A DNA stretch of 32,000 bases from assembly GCF_001457615.1 (NCBI RefSeq), contig NZ_LN831024.1, positions 2,100,001-2,132,000 on the forward strand, read 5' to 3'. The notes under the pieces were generated by a model. The model was not told where the DNA came from. It did no database searches and saw only the letters and a list, made by a program, of their open reading frames with translations. Each line of letters begins with the position of its first letter. Position 1 is the stretch's first letter. Below are positions 24,526-32,000 of this stretch, piece after piece. This DNA comes from Pseudomonas aeruginosa (GTDB lineage: Bacteria; Pseudomonadota; Gammaproteobacteria; Pseudomonadales; Pseudomonadaceae). The translations under genes and the position numbers were made by a program.

Positions 24526-25935
24526 ATGGATGGTCAACATCTGCACCAGGGCGAGCTGAAGCGTGGCCTGAAGAATCGCCACATCCAGTTGATCGCGCTG
24601 GGCGGGGCGATCGGCACCGGGCTGTTCCTCGGCTCGGCGGGCGTCATCAAGACGGCCGGCCCGTCGATGATCCTCGGTTACGCCATTGGCGGCTTCATCG
24701 CCTTCCTGATCATGCGCCAGCTCGGCGAGATGATCGTCGAGGAGCCGGTGGCCGGCTCCTTCAGTCACTTCGCACACAAGTACTGGGGCGGATTCGCCGG
24801 TTTCCTTTCCGGCTGGAACTACTGGGTGCTGTACATCCTGGTGGGCATGTCGGAGCTGACCGCGGTGGGCAAGTACATCCAGTACTGGTGGCCGGACGTG
24901 CCGACCTGGGCGACGGCGGCGGCGTTCTTCGTGCTGATCAACGCGATCAACCTGGCCAACGTGAAAGCCTTCGGCGAGACCGAGTTCTGGTTCGCGATCA
25001 TCAAGGTAGCGGCGATCGTCGGCATGATCCTGCTCGGTATCTACCTGCTGGTCGGCGGCGGTGGCGGACCGCAAGCCTCGGTGAGCAACCTGTGGGACCG
25101 CGGCGGCTTCTTCCCCAACGGTCTCAGCGGCCTGGTGATGACCCTGGCGATCATCATGTTCTCCTTCGGTGGCCTGGAGCTGGTGGGCATCACCGCCGCC
25201 GAGGCGTCCGAGCCGAGGAAGGTGATTCCCAAGGCGATCAACCAGGTGATCTACCGGATCCTCATCTTCTATATCGGCGCCCTGGCGGTGCTGCTCTCGC
25301 TGTATCCATGGGACCAGTTGGTGGAGACCATCAACGCTTCCGGCGACGACTACAGTGGCAGCCCGTTCGTGCAGATCTTCTCGTTGATCGGCAGCGGCAC
25401 CGCGGCCAACATCCTCAACTTCGTAGTCCTCACCGCGGCATTGTCGGTCTACAACAGCGGCGTCTACTGCAACAGCCGGATGCTCTACGGCCTGGCCGCC
25501 CAGGGCGACGCGCCGAAGGTGCTGATGTCGGTGGACCGCCGGGGCGTGCCGGTGCTGTCGATCCTGGTCTCGGCGCTGATCACCTTCCTCTGCGTGATCG
25601 TCAACTACGTATTGCCGCACAAGGCGCTGGAGCTGCTGATGTCGCTGGTGGTGGCGGCGCTGGTGATCAACTGGGCGATGATCAGCCTGTCGCACCTGAA
25701 GTTCCGCGCGGCGATGAAGCGCCAGGGCGTGGACACCTTCTTCAAGGCGCTCTGGTCGCCGTTCAGCAACTACCTGTGCCTGGCCTTCGTGGTGTTCATC
25801 CTTGGCATCATGCTGATGATCCCCGGGATCAACATCTCGGTGTACGCCATTCCATTCTGGCTGCTGCTGATGTGGTTGTGCTACCGGGTCAAGCTGTCGC
25901 TGGCGGAAAGGCGCGGGCTCGGCCAGCAGGCCTGA
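24526..25935 (+). CDS. aroP: Aromatic amino acid:H+ symporter (APC superfamily, AroP type), 469 aa
   Basis: The N-terminal amino-acid-permease signature LKRGLKNRHIQLIALGGAIGTGLFLGSA. About 12 hydrophobic segments. Strong similarity, by recollection, to enterobacterial AroP/PheP. Confidence 0.93.
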   Translation: MDGQHLHQGELKRGLKNRHIQLIALGGAIGTGLFLGSAGVIKTAGPSMILGYAIGGFIAFLIMRQLGEMIVEEPVAGSFSHFAHKYWGGFAGFLSGWNYWVLYILVGMSELTAVGKYIQYWWPDVPTWATAAAFFVLINAINLANVKAFGETEFWFAIIKVAAIVGMILLGIYLLVGGGGGPQASVSNLWDRGGFFPNGLSGLVMTLAIIMFSFGGLELVGITAAEASEPRKVIPKAINQVIYRILIFYIGALAVLLSLYPWDQLVETINASGDDYSGSPFVQIFSLIGSGTAANILNFVVLTAALSVYNSGVYCNSRMLYGLAAQGDAPKVLMSVDRRGVPVLSILVSALITFLCVIVNYVLPHKALELLMSLVVAALVINWAMISLSHLKFRAAMKRQGVDTFFKALWSPFSNYLCLAFVVFILGIMLMIPGINISVYAIPFWLLLMWLCYRVKLSLAERRGLGQQA

Positions 25936-25952
25936 GCCTGCGGGTGGCGCAG

Positions 25953-25982
25953 GACGGGAGCTTCGGCTCCCGTTTTTCATTT
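25953..25982 (+). terminator. Rho-independent terminator of aroP
   Basis: ACGGGAGC-ttcg-GCTCCCGT followed by TTTTCATTTC. It is nearly identical to the terminator at 24445-24476. Confidence 0.85.
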
Positions 25983-26068
25983 CGCACGGGCATGTTTTTC
26001 TGTCGTTTTCTGTTACGCGTTTCAAGACCCGGTGTGCGGCTTGGGTGGCTCCCGGGGAGGTGGCTCTT

Positions 26069-26074
26069 TATAAT
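26069..26074 (+). promoter_or_regulatory. Consensus TATAAT hexamer upstream of nqrA; possible -10 of the nqr promoter
   Basis: Perfect -10 hexamer 120 nt upstream of nqrA, with no convincing -35 at 16-18 nt. It is bracketed by TCCCGGGG direct repeats. Confidence 0.3.
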
Positions 26075-26184
26075 CCCGGGGTTACCTTGCGGGGCCATTC
26101 ATCAATCGTGCCAATTCAGTACGTTGCGCGCGATGATGGTCATTTTCTGACTTGGGCCTCGTCTTTTCTGTCCACGACCACTAG

Positions 26185-27531
<1,347 letters not shown>

Positions 27532-27534
27532 GCC

Positions 27535-28746
27535 ATGGGTTTGCGTAACCTGCTCGACAAGGTCGAGCATCATTTCGAGAAGGGCGGGCGCTACGAGAAG
27601 TGGTACCCGCTGTACGAAGCCGTGGACACCTTCCTCTATCGTCCGGGCAGCGTCACCCGCACCACTGCACACGTGCGCGACGGCATCGACCTGAAGCGCA
27701 TGATGATCATCGTCTGGCTATGCACCTTCCCGGCGATGTTCTTCGGCATGTACAACGTCGGCCACCAGGCCAACCTGATCTTCGCCCAGAGCCCCGACCT
27801 GTTGAGCGCCCAGGATGGCTGGCGCTTCGCCCTGATCGGCGCGCTGGCCGGGTTCGACCCGAACAGCCTGTGGGATTGCCTGGTCCAGGGCGCCGCGTAC
27901 TTCCTGCCGGTGTACCTGACCACCTTCATCGTCGGCGGTTTCTGGGAGGTGCTGTTCGCCAGCATCCGCCGCCACGAGGTCAACGAAGGCTTCTTCGTCA
28001 CCTCGGTGCTGTTCGCCCTGACCCTGCCGCCGTCCGTCCCGCTGTGGCAGGTAGCCCTGGGGATCAGCTTCGGCGTGGTGCTGGGCAAGGAAGTGTTCGG
28101 CGGCACCGGGAAGAACTTCCTCAATCCGGCACTGGTCGGCCGGGCCTTCCTGTTCTTCGCCTACCCGGCGCAGATGTCCGGCGACGCGGTATGGACCTCG
28201 GTGGACGGCTTCGCCGGCGCCACCTCGCTGAGCCTGGCCGCCGCCGGCGGGGTGGACAACATCCTCGGCCACGGCCTGACCTGGATGGATGCCTTCCTCG
28301 GCCACATGCAGGGTTCGATGGGCGAGACCAGCACCCTGGCGATCTTCATCGGCGGCGCCGTGCTGCTGCTGACCCGCATCGCCTCCTGGCGCATCGTCGC
28401 CGGGGTGATGCTGGGGATGGTCGCCATGAGCTATCTGTTCAACGCCATCGGCTCGGCCAGCAACCCGATGTTCGCCATGCCCTGGTATTGGCACCTGGTC
28501 ACCGGCGGCTTCGCCTTCGGCATGATCTTCATGGCCACCGACCCGGTCTCGGCGTCCATGACCGATACCGGCAAGTGGCTGTTCGGCGCCCTGATCGGAG
28601 TGATGGTCATGCTGATCCGGGTGGTCAACCCGGCGTTCCCGGAAGGCATGATGCTGGCGATCCTGTTCGCCAACCTGTTCGCACCGCTGATCGACCATTT
28701 CGTCGTTCAGGCCAACATCAAGCGGAGGCTGGCGCGCAATGGCTAA
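27535..28746 (+). CDS. nqrB: NQR subunit B (integral membrane, covalent FMN), 403 aa
   Basis: Multiple transmembrane segments. Flavinylation motif [19 protein letters not shown] block. The ATG lies 3 nt after the nqrA stop. Confidence 0.95.
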   Translation: MGLRNLLDKVEHHFEKGGRYEKWYPLYEAVDTFLYRPGSVTRTTAHVRDGIDLKRMMIIVWLCTFPAMFFGMYNVGHQANLIFAQSPDLLSAQDGWRFALIGALAGFDPNSLWDCLVQGAAYFLPVYLTTFIVGGFWEVLFASIRRHEVNEGFFVTSVLFALTLPPSVPLWQVALGISFGVVLGKEVFGGTGKNFLNPALVGRAFLFFAYPAQMSGDAVWTSVDGFAGATSLSLAAAGGVDNILGHGLTWMDAFLGHMQGSMGETSTLAIFIGGAVLLLTRIASWRIVAGVMLGMVAMSYLFNAIGSASNPMFAMPWYWHLVTGGFAFGMIFMATDPVSASMTDTGKWLFGALIGVMVMLIRVVNPAFPEGMMLAILFANLFAPLIDHFVVQANIKRRLARNG

Positions 28747-29524
28747 TCAAGAATCCACCACCCGCACACTGCTGGTAGCCCTGGTGGTGTGCCTGGTCAG
28801 CTCGGTGTTCGTCGCCGGCGCGGCGGTGGCGCTGAAGCCGACCCAGGCGGAAAACCGCCTGCTCGACAAGCAGCGCAGCATCCTCGCCATCGCTGGTCTC
28901 GGCGAGCCGGGCATGTCCGGCAAAGAGGTCAAGGCGCTGTTCGACAGTCGCATCACCGCCAAGGTGGTCGACCTGCAGAGCGGCACCTTCAGCGATGCCC
29001 AGGACCCGCTCGGCTACGACCCGCTGAAAGCGGCCAAGGACCCGGCGCTGTCGGATGCGCTGCCCGCCGCCGAGGACATCGCCTCGATCAAGCGCCGCGA
29101 GCGCTATACCACGGTCTACCTGGTGGAGACCGACGGCAAGCTCGACACCCTGATCCTGCCGGTGCGCGGCTACGGTCTGTGGTCGACCCTCTACGGCTTC
29201 CTGGCGCTCAAGGGCGACCTCAACACGGTCGCCGGCTTCGGCTTCTACCAGCATGGCGAGACCCCCGGTCTCGGCGGCGAGGTCGACAATCCGAAATGGA
29301 AGGCGCTGTGGGTCGGCAAGACCCTCTACGACGCCCAGGGCGATCTTGCGGTACAGATCATCAAGGGCTCGGTGGACCCGCAATCGGCGAAGGCGACCCA
29401 CCAGGTCGACGGCCTGGCCGGCGCCACCCTGACCAGCAAGGGTGTCGACAACCTGCTGCATTTCTGGCTCGGCAAGGACGGTTTCGACGCCTTCCTCGCC
29501 AATCTGCGCAAAGGGGAGGCGTGA
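28739..29524 (+). CDS. nqrC: NQR subunit C (covalent FMN), 261 aa
   Basis: N-terminal transmembrane anchor. Flavinylation motif [13 protein letters not shown]. The start overlaps the nqrB stop (ATGGCTAA). Confidence 0.95.
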   Translation: MANQESTTRTLLVALVVCLVSSVFVAGAAVALKPTQAENRLLDKQRSILAIAGLGEPGMSGKEVKALFDSRITAKVVDLQSGTFSDAQDPLGYDPLKAAKDPALSDALPAAEDIASIKRRERYTTVYLVETDGKLDTLILPVRGYGLWSTLYGFLALKGDLNTVAGFGFYQHGETPGLGGEVDNPKWKALWVGKTLYDAQGDLAVQIIKGSVDPQSAKATHQVDGLAGATLTSKGVDNLLHFWLGKDGFDAFLANLRKGEA

Positions 29525-30195
29525 TGGCTGCTCAACCCACGATCCGCGAAGTCCTGTTCAATCCGGTCTTCCAGAACAATCCGATCGGCCTGCAGATCCT
29601 CGGGATCTGCTCGGCGCTGGCGGTAACCTCGAACCTGAAGACCGCTACCGTCATGGCCATCGCCCTGACCCTGGTGACCGGCTTCTCCAACCTGTTCATC
29701 TCGATGATCCGCCGGCAGATTCCCAGCTCGATCCGGATGATCGTGCAGATGGTGATCATCGCCTCGCTGGTGATCGTCGTCGACCAGGTGCTCAAGGCCT
29801 ATGCCTATAGCCTGAGCAAGCAGCTCTCGGTGTTCGTCGGGCTGATCATCACCAACTGCATCGTGATGGGCCGCGCCGAAGCCTTCGCCATGGCCAACCC
29901 GCCGCTCGTGTCGTTCTTCGACGGCATCGGCAACGGTCTCGGCTACAGCGCCATGCTGCTGGTGCTGGGCTTCGTCCGCGAGCTGTTCGGCGCCGGCAAG
30001 CTCTACGGCATCAGCGTGTTGCCGACGGTCAACGATGGCGGCTGGTACCAGCCGAACGGCCTGCTCCTGCTGCCGCCTTCGGCGTTCTTCCTGATCGGCC
30101 TGATCATCTGGGCCCTGCGGACCTGGAAGAAAGACCAGGTCGAGGCCCCGACCTACAAGATGGCCCCGCAGGTATCCAGCAAGGAGGCTTACTGA
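29524..30195 (+). CDS. nqrD: NQR subunit D (integral membrane), 223 aa
   Basis: [35 protein letters not shown]. The ATG overlaps the nqrC TGA (GTGATGG). The track shows it fused to an out-of-frame upstream ORF (28789-30195). Confidence 0.93.
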   Translation: MAAQPTIREVLFNPVFQNNPIGLQILGICSALAVTSNLKTATVMAIALTLVTGFSNLFISMIRRQIPSSIRMIVQMVIIASLVIVVDQVLKAYAYSLSKQLSVFVGLIITNCIVMGRAEAFAMANPPLVSFFDGIGNGLGYSAMLLVLGFVRELFGAGKLYGISVLPTVNDGGWYQPNGLLLLPPSAFFLIGLIIWALRTWKKDQVEAPTYKMAPQVSSKEAY

Positions 30196-30803
30196 TGGAG
30201 CACTACATCAGCCTGTTCGTGAAGGCCGTGTTCGTCGAGAACATGGCGCTGGCGTTCTTCCTCGGCATGTGTACCTTCATCGCCATCTCGAAGAAGGTGG
30301 AGACCGCCATCGGCCTGGGTATCGCGGTGATCGTGGTGCAGACCATCACCGTGCCGGCCAACAACCTGATCTACACCTACCTGCTCAAGGACGGCGCGCT
30401 GGCCTGGGCCGGGCTGCCCGAGGTGGACCTGAGTTTCCTCGGCCTGCTCAGCTACATCGGGGTGATCGCCGCCATCGTGCAGATCCTCGAGATGCTCCTC
30501 GACAAGTACGTACCCAGCCTCTACAACGCGCTGGGCGTGTTCCTGCCGCTGATCACGGTGAACTGCGCGATCATGGCCGGCTCGCTGTTCATGGTCGAGC
30601 GCGACTACAACCTTGCCGAGAGCACGGTGTACGGCGTCGGCTCGGGCTTTTCCTGGGCGCTGGCGATCGCCGCGCTGGCGGGTATCCGCGAGAAGCTCAA
30701 GTACAGCGACGTCCCCGAGGGCCTGCAGGGCCTGGGGATCACCTTCATCACCATCGGCCTGATGTCGTTGGGCTTCATGTCGTTCTCCGGCGTGCAGTTG
30801 TAA
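30195..30803 (+). CDS. nqrE: NQR subunit E (integral membrane), 202 aa
   Basis: [28 protein letters not shown]. The ATG overlaps the nqrD TGA (CTGATGG). Confidence 0.95.
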   Translation: MEHYISLFVKAVFVENMALAFFLGMCTFIAISKKVETAIGLGIAVIVVQTITVPANNLIYTYLLKDGALAWAGLPEVDLSFLGLLSYIGVIAAIVQILEMLLDKYVPSLYNALGVFLPLITVNCAIMAGSLFMVERDYNLAESTVYGVGSGFSWALAIAALAGIREKLKYSDVPEGLQGLGITFITIGLMSLGFMSFSGVQL

Positions 30804-30813
30804 GGAGAGGCCC

Positions 30814-32000
30814 GTGATCGGATTCGAGATTTTCCTGGCCATCGGCATGTTCACCGCCATCGTCCTGGGCCTGGTGGCGATCATCCTGGTCGCCCGCGCC
30901 AAGCTGGTGTCGAGTGGAGACGTGACCATCCAGATCAATGGCGAGCACAGCCTGACCGTGCCGGCCGGCGGCAAGCTGCTGCAAACCCTGGCGGCGAACA
31001 ACGTGTTCCTGTCTTCCGCCTGCGGCGGCGGCGGCACCTGCGCGCAGTGCAAATGCGTGGTGGTCGAGGGCGGCGGCGAGATGCTGCCGACCGAGGAGTC
31101 GCACTTCACCCGGCGCCAGGCGAAGGAAGGCTGGCGCCTGTCGTGCCAGACGCCGGTCAAGCAGGATATGCAGATCCGCGTGCCTGAAGAGGTCTTCGGG
31201 GTGAAGAAATGGGAGTGCACGGTGGAGTCCAACCCCAACGTCGCCACCTTCATCAAGGAACTCACCCTGCGACTGCCGGACGGCGAGAGCGTGGACTTTC
31301 GTGCCGGCGGCTACGTGCAGCTGGAATGCCCGCCGCACGTGGTCGAGTACAAGGACTTCGATATCCAGCCGGAATATCGCGGCGACTGGGACAAGTTCAA
31401 CATGTGGCGCTACGTGTCGAAGGTCGACGAGACGGTGATCCGCGCCTACTCGATGGCCAACTACCCGGAAGAGAAGGGCGTGGTCAAGTTCAACATCCGC
31501 ATCGCCTCGCCGCCGCCGGGCAGCGACCTGCCGCCGGGGCAGATGTCGTCCTGGGTGTTCAACCTCAAGCCGGGCGACAAGGTCACCGTGTACGGGCCGT
31601 TCGGCGAGTTCTTCGCCAAGGACACCGAGGCCGAGATGGTCTTCATCGGCGGCGGCGCCGGCATGGCGCCGATGCGTTCGCACATCTTCGACCAGTTGCG
31701 CCGGCTCAAGTCGAACCGCAAGATCAGCTTCTGGTACGGCGCGCGCTCGCTGCGCGAGGCCTTCTATACCGAGGAGTACGACCAGCTGCAGGCGGAGAAT
31801 CCCAACTTCCAGTGGCACCTGGCGCTGTCCGACCCGCAGCCGGAGGACAACTGGACCGGCCTGACCGGTTTCATCCACAACGTGCTGTTCGAGAACTACC
31901 TGAAGGACCACCCGGCGCCCGAGGACTGCGAGTTCTACATGTGCGGCCCGCCGATGATGAATGCCGCGGTGATCAAGATGCTCACCGACCTGGGCGTGGA
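30814..32000 (+). CDS. nqrF: NQR subunit F (2Fe-2S ferredoxin plus FAD/NADH-binding domain); the C-terminus lies beyond the right window edge
   Basis: Missing from the track because there is no stop in the window. GTG 30814 follows AAGGAGAGG. Hand translation gives a transmembrane anchor, the 2Fe-2S motif [12 protein letters not shown]...C, the FAD motif RAYSMAN, and the NADH motif [13 protein letters not shown]. Confidence 0.93.
   Translation, partial: MIGFEIFLAIGMFTAIVLGLVAIILVARAKLVSSGDVTIQINGEHSLTVPAGGKLLQTLAANNVFLSSACGGGGTCAQCKCVVVEGGGEMLPTEESHFTRRQAKEGWRLSCQTPVKQDMQIRVPEEVFGVKKWECTVESNPNVATFIKELTLRLPDGESVDFRAGGYVQLECPPHVVEYKDFDIQPEYRGDWDKFNMWRYVSKVDETVIRAYSMANYPEEKGVVKFNIRIASPPPGSDLPPGQMSSWVFNLKPGDKVTVYGPFGEFFAKDTEAEMVFIGGGAGMAPMRSHIFDQLRRLKSNRKISFWYGARSLREAFYTEEYDQLQAENPNFQWHLALSDPQPEDNWTGLTGFIHNVLFENYLKDHPAPEDCEFYMCGPPMMNAAVIKMLTDLGV

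Noticed and set aside
22883-26025. Minus-strand ORFs of 463 aa and 500 aa antisense to the GAPDH gene and aroP
   Set aside because: These are shadow ORFs. The plus-strand products have catalytic and permease signatures, and the antisense translations are H/D/R/Q-rich low-complexity sequence.
28789-30195. 468-aa ORF suggesting a large fused protein
   Set aside because: Its first ~245 codons are out of frame over nqrC and give Arg/Gly/Pro-rich nonsense. Only the portion from ATG 29524 is NqrD, and that start overlaps the nqrC stop as is typical for nqr operons.

Overview
High-GC (~66%) sequence that I recognise, from memory of protein sequences and gene order and with no database search, as core chromosome of Pseudomonas aeruginosa. 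It appears collinear with the PAO1 interval PA3020 to PA2994. I call 27 protein-coding genes. In order: slt (partial, minus strand), uup-type ABC-F ATPase, a Cys-rich orphan, a universal stress protein, a small membrane-anchored orphan, a secreted all-helical orphan, fadB-fadA (the fadBA5 beta-oxidation operon), a DUF1653 protein, topA, two orphans, sulA-lexA (minus), psrA, nagZ, an MTAP-family phosphorylase, a secreted CsiV-like protein and mfd (minus), a long-form GAPDH, aroP, and nqrABCDEF (nqrF runs off the right edge). Regulatory sites I can read directly are two SOS boxes and a sigma70 promoter for lexA, two abutting PsrA-type palindromes in front of psrA, and several rho-independent terminators. 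I found no tRNA, rRNA, CRISPR array, transposase, integrase, phage gene or compositional island, and no recognisable defence or toxin system. Most long ORFs in the track are antisense or out-of-frame shadows typical of high-GC DNA. I do not see a clear novel multi-gene system. The items most worth a second look are the uncharacterised genes at 4039-4725, 5400-6654 and 13711-14668, the ~130-residue N-terminal extension of the GAPDH paralogue and the direct repeats in its promoter, the near-identical terminator modules bracketing aroP, and the atypical candidate PsrA operator upstream of fadBA.
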